This document shows, in pieces, positions 45,325-56,800 of a DNA stretch of 64,000 nt (positions within the stretch are counted from its first letter, which is position 1; every line of letters starts with the position of its first letter). The notes below the pieces were generated by a model that made no database searches, was not told the DNA's origin, and saw only the letters and a list, made by a program, of their open reading frames with translations. Source of the DNA: Abditibacterium sp. (GTDB lineage Bacteria > Armatimonadota > Abditibacteriia > Abditibacteriales > Abditibacteriaceae). The translations under genes were made by a program, and so were the position numbers. The DNA lies in contig OZ251992.1 in the NCBI GenBank assembly GCA_965246885.1, positions 2,624,001 to 2,688,000 of the forward strand, given 5' to 3'.

Positions 45325-46527
45325 ATGGCCTTCATTCTTCTCGTAGACGACCAAAGCTCGATGCGCCTGACCCTCACGGCGCTCCTCAAACAGGCGGGGC
45401 ACACGCTCAATCAAGCCGCGACCGGCGCGGACGCACTCGATAAAATCTCCAAGAACGACTTCGACGTGGTCATTACCGACCTCAAATTAGATAGCATCTC
45501 CGGCATGGATGTCCTGAAGGCGGCCAAAGCGCAGAACCCGCAAACCGAAGTGATTATGCTGACGGGTTACGGCTCGATTGAGTCCGCCGTCGCTGCCATG
45601 AAAGCGGGCGCGATAGATTACTTGACCAAGCCCGTAGACAACGAGGAACTCACCCTTGCCCTCGAACGCGCGCAGGAGCGCCAGCAACTCAAGTCGGAAG
45701 TCGCGCGCCTCCGTTCGGTCATCGCCAAGGAACAAAAGTTCGATCCCGGCAACATCGTGGCGACCTCCCCGGCTATGCTCGAAGTGCTGGAGATGGTCGC
45801 GCGCGTCGCGCCAACGGACGCCACCGTCCTCGTGCAAGGCGAAAGCGGCACGGGCAAGGAACTTATCGCCCGCGCCATGCACCAGAACTCCAAGCGCAAA
45901 GACGGCCCGTTCATTCCCATCAACTGCGGCGCCCTGCCGGAGAACCTGCTCGAATCGGAACTGTTCGGCCACGTCAAAGGCGCCTTCACCGGCGCGCACC
46001 AGAACAAGAAGGGCCTCTTTGAGGAAGCTGACGGCGGCACGCTGTTTCTCGACGAAATCGGCGAGATGTCCCCCGTCACGCAGGTGAAGCTGCTCCGCGT
46101 CCTGCAAGACTCCGAAGTGCGGCGCGTGGGCGCCAACCTCGGCGTGAAGGTGGACGTGCGCGTCGTGGCGGCGACCAACAAGCGCTTGCAAGAGCGCATC
46201 AAGAACAACGAGTTCCGCGAGGACTTGTACTACCGCTTGCAGGTCATCCCCATTTACCTCCCCGCCCTGCGCGAACGCAAGGAAGAGATTCTGCCGCTTA
46301 TCAAGCACTATCTCCAGTCCATTTCCGAGAAGATGAACAAGCCGGTCAAGGGTCTGTCGCCCGAAGCGGAGAAAGCCTTGCTGGAGTACTCGTGGCCGGG
46401 GAATATCCGCGAACTGATTAACGCCGTCGAGCGCGCCGTGATTTTGTGCCGAGAAGACGAGCCGGTGCGCCCCGAAGACTTCGCCCTCACGCTCGGCGGA
46501 ACGATTCTGGCCGACCGCTACAACTAA
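45325..46527 (+). CDS. Sigma-54-dependent response regulator (REC + AAA+), no C-terminal HTH
   Basis: LVDD, VITDL, YLTKP; GESGTGKE, ESELFGH, GAFTGA, LFLDEIG, WPGNIREL. Confidence 0.93.
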   Translation: MAFILLVDDQSSMRLTLTALLKQAGHTLNQAATGADALDKISKNDFDVVITDLKLDSISGMDVLKAAKAQNPQTEVIMLTGYGSIESAVAAMKAGAIDYLTKPVDNEELTLALERAQERQQLKSEVARLRSVIAKEQKFDPGNIVATSPAMLEVLEMVARVAPTDATVLVQGESGTGKELIARAMHQNSKRKDGPFIPINCGALPENLLESELFGHVKGAFTGAHQNKKGLFEEADGGTLFLDEIGEMSPVTQVKLLRVLQDSEVRRVGANLGVKVDVRVVAATNKRLQERIKNNEFREDLYYRLQVIPIYLPALRERKEEILPLIKHYLQSISEKMNKPVKGLSPEAEKALLEYSWPGNIRELINAVERAVILCREDEPVRPEDFALTLGGTILADRYN

Positions 46528-46554
46528 GCAGGGCGCGTCGTCGCGCCCTCGCGC

Positions 46555-47466
46555 TCAGAATCCCGCGCCTCTGGAGTCGTGCATCTGGCGGCGGTAGTGG
46601 AGCGGACTAACGCCAAAGCGCGCCTTAAAAAAGCGGCTGAAGTGAAACTCGTTGCCAAAGCCGCACTCGCGCGCGATTTGTGCCACACTTCGTGTGGTGG
46701 AAAGCAAGTGCTGCTGGGCGCGGCGCTGCTGCTGCCCGCGCGCATAATCCCCCGGTGACAAGCCAAGTGTCGCCTTGAAGAGCAGGGCGAAGTGGGAGGG
46801 CGAGAGGTGCACCTGCCGCGCGAGTTGCGCGCGGGTCATCGGCTCGCCCAGATGCTCCTCGATGTAACTGAGCGCGGGCAACAGCCGCTCCATCGTGGGC
46901 GCGTGCGCCCAATCCGAAAGCTGCGCTTCGTTGCTTTGGCACAAAAGCGCGGCCATTTCCAGCCCCAACGCTTGCCGGCGCAGGAGGGACGGCCATTTCT
47001 GCGCATCGGACGAGGCATCCAACCGAGCCAACTCCGCGTTGATGTCGCCCAACCGCAGGGCCGCCTCGCCGCGCACGACGCCGCCCATCGGAAACAGCGT
47101 CGTGAGGCTCACCGCCCCGAAGACCCACCAATTGACGTGCGCCCAGCGACTCACGTTCAGGCGGCGCGAGGTATTTTCCGCGCGGTGCCGCCCCCCCGGC
47201 GCGATGCATACCGCCTCGCCCGCGAAGGCCGTCCATTCTTCGCCGCTTTCCAACTCAAAGCGCACCGCGCCCTCTGTCACTTGCGCGACCATCAGAAACG
47301 GCAACGTGCGGGTGGACACACGATAGTCAGCCGCAATAGGCGTGACGGCGCCTTCGGAATACTCGAAGCGCAGCGACGCGGCAGCTTGTTCCCAGAACGT
47401 AGGCGGTGGTGCAAGTGACGGCACAGAACAAGAAGAGAGCTTCCCAGAAATCGTCACATCCGTCAT
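46555..47466 (-). CDS. AraC family transcriptional regulator
   Basis: Cupin-like N-terminus; LSPSHF...FK...SVAQIARECGF...FSRFFK...GVSP; start uncertain. Confidence 0.9.
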   Translation of the reverse strand: MTDVTISGKLSSCSVPSLAPPPTFWEQAAASLRFEYSEGAVTPIAADYRVSTRTLPFLMVAQVTEGAVRFELESGEEWTAFAGEAVCIAPGGRHRAENTSRRLNVSRWAHVNWWVFGAVSLTTLFPMGGVVRGEAALRLGDINAELARLDASSDAQKWPSLLRRQALGLEMAALLCQSNEAQLSDWAHAPTMERLLPALSYIEEHLGEPMTRAQLARQVHLSPSHFALLFKATLGLSPGDYARGQQQRRAQQHLLSTTRSVAQIARECGFGNEFHFSRFFKARFGVSPLHYRRQMHDSRGAGF

Positions 47467-47560
47467 GGGGAGCGGCACCGCGTGCATGGGCAAAACGGGC
47501 AGGAACCCCCAAACCTTTCCCAGAGCCAAAGGCCACCCGGCGCTTTGCCAATCTACCACC

Positions 47561-48379
47561 ATGCAACACCTATCCGAACAACAGATCAACTTCTTCAACA
47601 CCTTCGGCTTCCTCAAGCTCGCGGGCGCCCTCCGCCCCCAAATCGAGGAGATTACCGTCGAGTTTGACGCCGTCTTCCCGCAAGTGGGCACCCAGCATGA
47701 CGGCCAGAAGCGCACCTGCATCGTGCCATTCGTTGACCAGCGCGAGAAACTCGCCGCCCTCCTCGACCATCCCGCCATCGAAGGCGCCGCCGCCAGCATC
47801 TTGGGCGCCGATTTCAACTACATCGGAGGTGACGGCAACTACTACACCGGCGACACCGGCTGGCACCGCGACGGCCTGCACAAAGTCGGCAGATACATCA
47901 AAGTCGCGTTTTATCTCGACCCCGTGCGCCGCGAAACCGGCGCCCTGCGCGTTATCCCGACCAGTCACCAAGCCGAGTGCCTGCCCTACTCCGCCGTCGG
48001 CCAAGCCCACCAAGCGGAAAGGCTCTGGGGCATCCCGCAAAGCGAAGTGCCCGCCGTCGCGCTCGATTCCGACCCCGGCGATGTCTTGATGTTCGACCAC
48101 AACCTCCTGCACGCCGCCTTTGGCGGGAGCAACCAGCGCGGCATGTTCACGCTCAACCTGTCCAAACACGCCGCAAGCGAAGCCGAAGTCGAGAGCTTGA
48201 AAACCTATTTATCGGGCATGGCGCGCTTTTGGGTAGACCGCACGCACGGCCCGATCATGCGCGACACCGCTTCGCCCGCTCGCCAAGTGCACTTGCAGCA
48301 AGTCGTCGAGAATGAAGGGCATTTGCCCGCTCTGGCCGCCATCGCCCGCCAAACCCAAAGCGAACCCGCGCGCGGCTAA
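47561..48379 (+). CDS. Phytanoyl-CoA dioxygenase (PhyH) family Fe/2OG enzyme
   Basis: QINFFNTFGFL, WHRD, GALRVIPTSH, PGDVLMFD...LHA. Confidence 0.9.
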   Translation: MQHLSEQQINFFNTFGFLKLAGALRPQIEEITVEFDAVFPQVGTQHDGQKRTCIVPFVDQREKLAALLDHPAIEGAAASILGADFNYIGGDGNYYTGDTGWHRDGLHKVGRYIKVAFYLDPVRRETGALRVIPTSHQAECLPYSAVGQAHQAERLWGIPQSEVPAVALDSDPGDVLMFDHNLLHAAFGGSNQRGMFTLNLSKHAASEAEVESLKTYLSGMARFWVDRTHGPIMRDTASPARQVHLQQVVENEGHLPALAAIARQTQSEPARG

Positions 48380-48380
48380 A

Positions 48381-48506
48381 TGGCGCACATGCGTCATTTG
48401 GCGCCGCACGTGCTCCGACGGCTGGCGCACGTCTGGCAAACGCTCACCGATGCACGCCAACCGTCGGCGTACGTCTGGCACTCCCTCACCGGTGCGGGCG
48501 CTCCGT
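48381..48506. repeat. Degenerate 21-bp tandem array (6 units)
   Basis: TGGCGCAC, CGCCGCAC, TGGCGCAC, TCACCGAT, CGGCGTAC, TCACCGGT at 21-bp steps. Confidence 0.7.
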
Positions 48507-48539
48507 TCCCAGACCCCGGCGGATGAATCGCCGCGTTAA

Positions 48540-49510
48540 TTAACTGGGCCGCGTCACCCCCAAGGCGCGCAAGCGGAGGCCGCCAAAGCGTGCCTCGCCC
48601 CGGTCAACCCACGATCCGACCTGTCCGCCCAAGCCGCGATAGCGCGAAAAAGCGAGGCGAAGCTCGTCGTTGACATACACCTCGACGTGTTCCAAACGGT
48701 TCACGATCCGCAGGTGGAGCGGCGTTTGGCGAGCGAGGGAAATTTGGCGCTTCTCGCTCCACTCGAAAGCGGGGGCCTCGACGAGCGGCGCCCACGCCCG
48801 CAACCCGGCTTCCGCCATTGCCCGCGCGTAACCGGCGTAGCGGCGGCTCAGCCACAAGCGGTTGATGGTGGCCGGTTGCAAGAACAGGGGGCGGCGACGC
48901 CCCTGCCCGATTAACCAGCGCGTCAGTTGGTAGGCTCCGGCCTCGTGGTCGAAAACCACGCGGTCGCAGCCAAACTCTTCCTCGCCAAAGACGGCAAGCG
49001 GGGCGCCGCACGAGGCGAGGTCGGCAACGGTGCGGCGCGTGTCCGCTTGGTCGCCAACAAGGGCGCGCACCACGATGCCGCGCGGCGGGGAAGTGCGGAG
49101 CAAACGCAACTCGTCGCCTATGAAGTCGTGATGCAACATGATGGCGTGGCGCCGCGCATCTCGGATGTGCCGCAATACCCCCCGTCATATGATCCTGATG
49201 GTGCCCTGCCCCCATGCGCCCCGCGTCGTGAGAATAAACCGCGATGGACGATGGAATTGGAAACCAAATTCCCGGTGCGTCCTTCCTCGCCACCTGCCCC
49301 GGCGACGAAAGTGCCCACACGCGGCACACTCCGCAAGACACCCTCCCCGACCAGCTTCTGGATCTCCTGATGCACGACGCCATTGAATAAACCGTAGCGC
49401 GCTTTCAGTTCGCCCAGTGCGGGCATCATGTCTCCCGCCTTCCACACGCCGGAGAAGCACCCCTCGCGCAAATCCTGATTCAATCGCGCCCGTTCGCTGC
49501 GTGTTGCCAT
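48540..49510 (-). pseudogene. Frameshifted GntR-HTH/LacI-type regulator fused to a beta-sandwich gene remnant
   Basis: GntR HTH in ORF 49118-49510; LacI-type DRVVFDHEAGAYQLT...RRYAGY in another frame, switching to VEVYVND-type beta-sandwich. Confidence 0.7.
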
Positions 49511-49739
49511 CGTGCTCCTACGGCCTTTCCCACTTTAAGCTGGCTAAAAATGATTAGGGCCAACAGAGCTATTCCATCCCGAAGCGCTCTTAAACATTTT
49601 CCGCCGTTTTTTGTCGGGCCGTCCGACATGCCCCCCGCTTCGGCTTTATAAAGCGCGACGGGGTTTGAAATCGGCGGGAGCGAAAACTCTTAACATTGAC
49701 GCGCCATATTTAAGAGGAGGGCACGCTCCCTCTCGATTT

Positions 49740-52304
49740 ATGCACTGCTTCTCTTCCGCTTGTGTTTCGCTGTTTCTCGTTGGCAACGGCCTATTCGCCA
49801 CGCTTCCCTGCCACGCCGCGCCTGCGCCCGCGCCGCTACCGACGGGGCGGTTCCTGTCGCCCTTGGGCGCGCAGACCGATGTCGGCAGTTTTCCGGCGAA
49901 CATGGCGCTTTCGCCCGATGGCCGCTTCGTGCTCGTCACCAATGTCGGAGCGCGCGAGTACGTCTCCGTGTTGCGCGCGGATAGTGGCGCGCTCGTGTCG
50001 CGCCTTGACTGGAACACGCCCAGCCCCGTCTTTCCTCACAAAAAGCGCGCCTTGTACTTCGGCCTCGTTTGCGGTGCGGCTCACGATGGTCAGACCCCGG
50101 TTTACGTTTCGTGCGGCGGGGAAGGCACCGTCGCCGTCTTGTCGCTTGCAAGCAACGGAACCCTGACCGATAGCGGGCGCACTCTTGGCCAACCTGCCGA
50201 TGCCAACAAGCCGCTCGCGTTCTTGGCGGGCTTATCTCTCAGCAGCGACGGCGCGCGCTTGTATGCCGCTGATAACAGTGCTAACCCTACCAACGGCATG
50301 CGCGGCGCCTTGCAAATCATTGACGTAGAAAGCGGAAAAGTCGCGGCGCGCGTTGCCCTGCCCGGTTACGCCCTCGCCGTCGCCGCCACGCACGCCGACA
50401 AGGTCTATGTCTCCAGCGAGCAGAGCGGAGTCGTCAGCGTCGTGAACGGGCGCACCGGGCGCGTCGAGTGCACAATCGCAACCGGGATGCAACCCGCCGC
50501 CCTGCTCCTCGACCGCGCGGGGGGCCGCTTGTTCGTGTCCAACGCTGGAAGCGACACGCTGTCCATCGTGGACACGCGCACCCACAGCGTGACGCAAACA
50601 CTTCTGCTCCGTCCCACTTTCGCGCGCGGCCTCCCCGGAGCGACTCCGCTTGGTATGGCGCTTTCGCCAAACGGACGGCAACTCTATATCGCCATCGCTG
50701 ACCTAAACGCCGTCGCCGTTGTTCGCTTGAACGGCTCCCCCAACGCGCCCGCGCACCTCGCTGGTTTCCTGCCCGTCGGCTGGTATCCCACGAGCGCCAT
50801 CGTTGCTCCCAATGGCCACCGCTTGTTCGTCGCCAACGCCAAAGGCGCCCGTGTCGCCAATCCGAACGCCCACCCCAAGCCCGGACTCAAAGCGCGCCCG
50901 CAATACATTCTCAATATCATCGAGGGCACCGTCTCGACGCTCGATTTGCATACCCTGCCCCAATTAAACGATACGACGGCGCAAGTTATCCACAACGCGC
51001 GCGGGATAGCGGGCGCTTCGGCGGCTCTTGCCAACCCCGGCATCAAGCACGTCTTCTATGTTATCAAGGAAAACCGCACCTACGACCAAGTGCTCGGCGA
51101 CATCCCCGGCGGCAACGGTGATCCCGCGCTGACGCTTTTCGGACGCGCGGTCACGCCCAACTTGCACGCCCTTGCCGAGCGGTTCGCGTTGCTCGACAAC
51201 TTTTATTGTTGCGCCGAGGTGTCGGGCGACGGCTGGAATTGGTCAACGGGCGGCATGGTCTCGGAGTTTTCCGCGCGCAACGTGCCGCACAACTACGGGG
51301 GGCGACAGCGCCCCTACGACTTCGAGGGCACTAACAACGGCATCGCCATCAACCTCCTCGGCATCCCCGACGCAGGACGCTTGCCGGGTGGGTATTTGTG
51401 GGATTTATGCGCCGCGCACGGCGTCAGTTACCGCAACTACGGCTTTTTCACCGACGATCTCGAACTCCCCCGCACCCTGCCCGAAGAAGGCACCAAAGGA
51501 TTCCTCAACACCCCCACCCAGCGCGCACTGATGGGCCACAGCGACGCCGATTTCCGCCAGTTCGACCTGACATACCCCGACAGCGAAGCGTGGAGCCGCG
51601 CCGGAGTCGCCCCTGCTCCCAAACAAACCAAAAGCTACGGAAGCGGCCACTACTCTTCGCGCTTTTCTGCGTGGAAACGGGAGTTCGACGACGCCATCAA
51701 GAGCGGCACCCTACCCGCGCTGACGATGCTTCGTTTTATGCGCGACCACACTTCCGGCACCGCACCGGGGTTCTCCTCGCCCAGTGCGATGGTGGCCGAC
51801 AACGACTTCGCCGTCGGGCAACTGGTCGAGGCCATCTCCCACTCGCCCGTGTGGAAGTCGTCGGCCATCGTCGTCGTTGAAGACGACGCGCAGAACGGCT
51901 TCGACCATGTGGACGCTCATCGCTCGACCGCCTATGTCATCTCGCCCTTTGTCAGGGGCGGCACTTATTCCCGCTTTGGCAACACCGACAGCGCGCTCCG
52001 CACGGTCGAAGTCTTGCTGGGCTTACCGCCGATGACTTCTTACGATGCGAACGCGGCGCCGCTTGCAGTCTTTGGCGCCCGCCCTGACAACGCCGCGCCC
52101 TACACCGCCATCCTCCCGCCGCGCGCCATCTTGTCGGAGGTGAACACCGCCAAAGCCCCGCTTGCGGCGCAAAGTGCGCGTTTACTCAACCCGCTCCGCG
52201 AAGAATCGGCGCCCGACGAGAAATTGAACGAAATCCTCTGGCGCGCCCTCAAAGGCCGTGCCCCGATGCCCCGCCGCTCCGCGCCATCAGGGGCTGACGA
52301 CTGA
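49740..52304 (+). CDS. YncE-like beta-propeller / phosphoesterase fusion, exported
   Basis: YVTN-type propeller repeats; HVFYVIKENRTYDQVLGD; EDDAQNGFDHVDAHRS. Confidence 0.9.
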   Translation: MHCFSSACVSLFLVGNGLFATLPCHAAPAPAPLPTGRFLSPLGAQTDVGSFPANMALSPDGRFVLVTNVGAREYVSVLRADSGALVSRLDWNTPSPVFPHKKRALYFGLVCGAAHDGQTPVYVSCGGEGTVAVLSLASNGTLTDSGRTLGQPADANKPLAFLAGLSLSSDGARLYAADNSANPTNGMRGALQIIDVESGKVAARVALPGYALAVAATHADKVYVSSEQSGVVSVVNGRTGRVECTIATGMQPAALLLDRAGGRLFVSNAGSDTLSIVDTRTHSVTQTLLLRPTFARGLPGATPLGMALSPNGRQLYIAIADLNAVAVVRLNGSPNAPAHLAGFLPVGWYPTSAIVAPNGHRLFVANAKGARVANPNAHPKPGLKARPQYILNIIEGTVSTLDLHTLPQLNDTTAQVIHNARGIAGASAALANPGIKHVFYVIKENRTYDQVLGDIPGGNGDPALTLFGRAVTPNLHALAERFALLDNFYCCAEVSGDGWNWSTGGMVSEFSARNVPHNYGGRQRPYDFEGTNNGIAINLLGIPDAGRLPGGYLWDLCAAHGVSYRNYGFFTDDLELPRTLPEEGTKGFLNTPTQRALMGHSDADFRQFDLTYPDSEAWSRAGVAPAPKQTKSYGSGHYSSRFSAWKREFDDAIKSGTLPALTMLRFMRDHTSGTAPGFSSPSAMVADNDFAVGQLVEAISHSPVWKSSAIVVVEDDAQNGFDHVDAHRSTAYVISPFVRGGTYSRFGNTDSALRTVEVLLGLPPMTSYDANAAPLAVFGARPDNAAPYTAILPPRAILSEVNTAKAPLAAQSARLLNPLREESAPDEKLNEILWRALKGRAPMPRRSAPSGADD

Positions 52305-52309
52305 ACGGG

Positions 52310-53743
52310 TTATGGGGACGGGGGAGTGTTTTCTACATCCACTTGGCGCGCGGGGACTTGATTGACCACGTTGCCGAGCGGCGCCAAAATGTGGCCGGGG
52401 TTGTTCGGCTCTTCTTGGGTGTCGGAGTTGCCTTTGAACAGAATCCCCTTGTCGGCGCTTCCGCCCACGCTGAGGAGCGAGACGGTGTGTAGCCCGTTGC
52501 GATTCCACAGCTTGGTGCCGAAGATGGCGCCCTTATCACTATCCCAAGGCCACAACACGCGGTAGGAAACGATATTGGTCAGGTCAGTGTTGGGCGTCGA
52601 GAACGGCTCCGTCGTGTCGTTCCAGTCGCCGGACTCTCCGTCTGGGCTGACCAGCTTTTGCCATTTCATTTCGCTCGCCCCGATGCCAGTGGACGCGATC
52701 AACTGGAGCACCGGGTCAACATGATTCTCGGCGTCGGGGTGTTGGTTGCCAACGAATTGCGGATCGGCGTCTTCGTGGACGCGCAGTTGCACGCTTTTGG
52801 TGCGCGGCATGAGGCGCGAAAGAGGGTAGACGTTGAACTCCATGCCCACCCACACGCGCGTATCCACCTGACGGGTAGATCCGGTGGGAGCGCCGTTGTC
52901 CACATCAATTAGCTCTGTCGTGCCACGTATCTCACCTTGGCGTTCCTTCATCACCAATAGGCGGGCCGCCCCAGAATCGCCGCCTTGGTTGACATTGATG
53001 TTATAGGCTATCCCCGCCGTGTGAAAGTGCCAGAAACCGTCGTTGTCTTTGCCCGAAGAGAAGGCGCGGAAATACCGCGACGGCAAACAGATTTTGGGCG
53101 AACGGCTGTAGTTGTTAATGATATGGGTGTAGACCGCGTGCGCCCGCTTCCAAGGGTAGTTGGGCGCGAATTCACCAACGACGAGGGTCGCGCCCGGCAT
53201 CCCCACAACAGCCTGTTGCGTCAAAACGTCGAAGGGGCGCGACAGCCCATCGGTGGAAACTTCGGCGTTGGCGAACCCCTCCTCGGTGACGCTCACGCGC
53301 GAAGGAACGGGGTCGCTTTTGAACGCGGGATTGGGCACCCAATCCAACTCACCGGTGATTGTGCCCGTGCTATCAATGAGGGTGTGCATCACCGTCGGGT
53401 CGGTGGAGATACCAACCAAGTCGGCCAGCGTGCCATTGAACAAGGCGCCCGACGTTGGGGACTCGATGATGGACGCGCCGGAAGCGAAGTGGTCGTTGAA
53501 GGGGTAAACCGGCGTTACCCACGACTGCGTGACGCCCTCAACTGGCCCCAAGGGGCCACCGGCTTTGAGAACTTCCCACGCTTTGTTGTTGGTGTTGTCA
53601 TAGCGCGTGGTGCCCGCGCAGTGAAGCACGACGACCCACTTCGCGTGCGCGGGCGCGGGGTGGAAAGTGAGCGCGGCGAGGGCCACCGCGAGGGTGACGG
53701 CGCCCGAAGCGAAGGAACGAGGATTCTTAAATAAGGAAAACAT
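52310..53743 (-). CDS. Exported hypothetical beta-rich protein
   Basis: Signal peptide ending AHA; no recognisable family. Confidence 0.65.
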   Translation of the reverse strand: MFSLFKNPRSFASGAVTLAVALAALTFHPAPAHAKWVVVLHCAGTTRYDNTNNKAWEVLKAGGPLGPVEGVTQSWVTPVYPFNDHFASGASIIESPTSGALFNGTLADLVGISTDPTVMHTLIDSTGTITGELDWVPNPAFKSDPVPSRVSVTEEGFANAEVSTDGLSRPFDVLTQQAVVGMPGATLVVGEFAPNYPWKRAHAVYTHIINNYSRSPKICLPSRYFRAFSSGKDNDGFWHFHTAGIAYNINVNQGGDSGAARLLVMKERQGEIRGTTELIDVDNGAPTGSTRQVDTRVWVGMEFNVYPLSRLMPRTKSVQLRVHEDADPQFVGNQHPDAENHVDPVLQLIASTGIGASEMKWQKLVSPDGESGDWNDTTEPFSTPNTDLTNIVSYRVLWPWDSDKGAIFGTKLWNRNGLHTVSLLSVGGSADKGILFKGNSDTQEEPNNPGHILAPLGNVVNQVPARQVDVENTPPSP

Positions 53744-53830
53744 GGCGGCAAAAGACAGGCAAAGGCCAAGCGGAAAAATAAAGGATGGCGGGCGCTTAAA
53801 GCCAAAGCGAAAGCGTCCGCCAAACGGGGG

Positions 53831-56800
53831 TTACGGAGTCGTGGGCGCAGGATGCGCGTCGTAGAAACCCAGCAGTTGCGGCCCGACTTGCGGCTCGCCC
53901 GGCTCAAGGAACACCGGCGCGGGCGCGCCGTTGAGAAGCGCGATGGCTTCCACCATCACCGGCCCTTCGCGCCCATCCGAAGCGAGCGAGATGGTGGCGA
54001 CGCCGCCCGCGTCAGTCACGGCCAAGTTGTGGTCGGCGCCACTGCCACCGAGGTTGCCCGCGCTTGTGCCGTCCGCGAAGTAAGCACGAAAACGCACGGT
54101 CATCCCGCTTTGCGTGGCGCCCGTCTCGTCGGTAACAGTGGCAGTCAGAGTAGTTTGTCCGTCCGCCCCGCCACCGATACGGAGATACGGAGTGATAACT
54201 ACCAAGTCCACGCTGTATTTATGCGGCACGTCTTGGTCGGGAATGAGCGCCACGCTGACCGTGTTGCCCGACTCGGCGCTGATGACTTGGCGATGCCCGC
54301 TCGTTTGGAGCCAATACGTTGGCCCGGTCACCGTATCGCTTCCGTTTGTCCACAACGGCTTGACCTGCGGGTCGAGCGGCCAAGGAAAGTCGGGAAGCGC
54401 CGGGACGCCGCGCAAGCCGAGAATTTGTCCGCTCTTGACCGGGATTCCGGGCTGTGTCGTCGGGTCGCCCGGCAGCAGAAGCGGTGCGGGCATCCAGTGG
54501 CCCCCATCGCACTGGCAGTCGGAATACTCGACGCCAACAATTTTCTGAAACGCCACGCCCGCCACCACCGCATCGGTGGCCGTCGGGTCAGCCACCGAAG
54601 CCGCGCTCACCAAGAAGTTGCGGAATACCTGACCGGGGTTGGCCGGGTCGGGGTCTACTTCCATATGTATCTCGTAGCCGTCGCCCGGTTGCAGAAGCGG
54701 CGTCGTCCAGCCCCCAACTCCCCCAACGCCCGTTATGGCGGCGGTGATGTCGTTGCCACCGGTGCCGCCTTGAAGCGCGTCGAAGTAGTGCACGATCCAA
54801 CCGTCGCCGCTCCCCGGAGCGGTCAATTGGAACGAGTCGGGCGCGAGGCCATCGTTTTCAACGCGCAGATTGAAAGACATCCGACGCGTGCCACCCTCGA
54901 CCTGAGAAAGTGCCACGCGCTGGTTCGCGCCCGTCGTATTGGCTATACCTTGACCAACATAAGGATGCGACAAGTCGCTGGCGATCATCAAGTCCACGAC
55001 CGAGTTGCGCGTCACGGCGATGCCGACAGCGTCGCTCGTATTGTTTTCCTGCGCCGCCGTGCCGCTTATCAGGAGGGAATCGAGCGGCGCCGTCGTGCCA
55101 ACGGCGACCGGTGTAATTTCCACGCGCAGCGTCGGGACGCGGAAGGGGGCGTAATATCCGTCTTGGAAAGTGGTAGTTGTCCAACCGGCGCCGGTAATGG
55201 CGGCGGTGACTTCGTTGCCACTCGCATCATCGAAGTAGTGCGCGTCCCAACCGGCGAGCGCGGGCGGCGCTTGCAGGATAATGGGCGCGCCCGCGATGGA
55301 AGAAAGACCGCTCACGTAAGCCGTGACTTTTTGCCCGACGTTGGTGTTAGCGGCAAAGGTTTGCCCTGCGCCCGTCGCGTTCAAAACTCCGGCCCCCACG
55401 CCCGTATCTTTGGCCGAAGTCGGGGCCACCTGCAAGTCGAGGGTCGCTTTGGCGCGCGTAACGCTCGCCGTTACGACATCCACCGAGTTCCCATCGTGAA
55501 CCGAGATGGCGCGCACCGAAGCAGGGAGCGCGCTCGTAAGCGAGGCCGCCACCGAGGGCGTGCACTCCAAGCGCAAATCCATCTCGGCGCCCGCCGCGAC
55601 GGAACGCGACTGCCAACCCGTCCCCGTGAGTTGGCTCGTGATATCGTTGCCGCCCGTCGCGGCATCGAACAGCGACACCGTCCAGCCAGCCGGAACTGCC
55701 CCGACCAGACTCAAGCGGAATGAGTCCGCCGCCAGCCCGTTGTTTTGCAGTTGGACGGTATAAGCGCGCGTCACGCCCGTTGGCGCCACGTCGGAAACGG
55801 TCTCGAACTGGTTGTAAGCGTTCGGGGCGTCCGGTAGCGGATTGTAAGAATCGGCGCCGCGCGCCGTGCCGGAAGTATTGGACACGATCCGCAAGTCGGC
55901 GAGGTACTGCGCGGTTTGTTGATACGTCACATTCGCCGCCACCGCGTCCGTCGGCGAGGTGGCGAGCGGTTGCCCCGTCGCCACGAACGCTTGGAACAGT
56001 AGCGTCGTGTTCGTCGGGAGCGGCGTCACCCAGCTTTGCGCCGCGACATTCACCTCAACCACGAGCGTGGCGCCCGGCGAGAGAGAAGGCGTTAGCCAGC
56101 CTTGGTCTGTCGTTATCTGCCAACCCGCCGAGTAATCCTGCGTGCCGTCGGCGCCAAAGACTTGGTAGTTGGTGATCCATCCATCGGAGCCGTAACCCGG
56201 CCCCAGCAGGGTGAATTGGCGCGCAACGGTGCCGGTGTTTTTCAGCTTGAGTTCAAAAAGCGCCGGAATCCCTTGGTAGGTGTTGCCATAGGTTGTGCCC
56301 GCAATGGTCTGGTCTTGGCCGGTCGCGTTCACGACGCCTTCCCCGACCCACGAAGCGCTTCCCAGCCAAGGACGCCGGATGCTCAAGTCCACTCCGTCGG
56401 CGTCGCCGCTATGCCCGCCGCCACTTTGCACATGAATGGAAATGGTCGCGGGCGCGCTGTCGGCTTGGCCGTCGTTGGCGACAAAGGTAAACGTGTCGTC
56501 GCCCACATAATCTTGCGCTGGCAGGTAGTCCACAGCCGCTCCGGAGCCGTTAAGCGTCCCGTGAGAGGGGAGCGCTGTAATACGGTAGGTGAGCGCGTCG
56601 CCTTCGGCATCGGCGGCGTGAAGCAGCAGGTGCAACAACGTGTTCTGGGGCGTGGTGAAGGTCGTCGCCGGCATCTGAATCACCGGCGGGTGGTTGACAA
56701 ACGTCACCGTGACGGGCACCGTTGCCACGTTGGACAGCGCGACCCCGTCGCTCACTTGCACGTCGAAAGAATCGTCGCCGGAATACAGCGCGCTGGGCGT

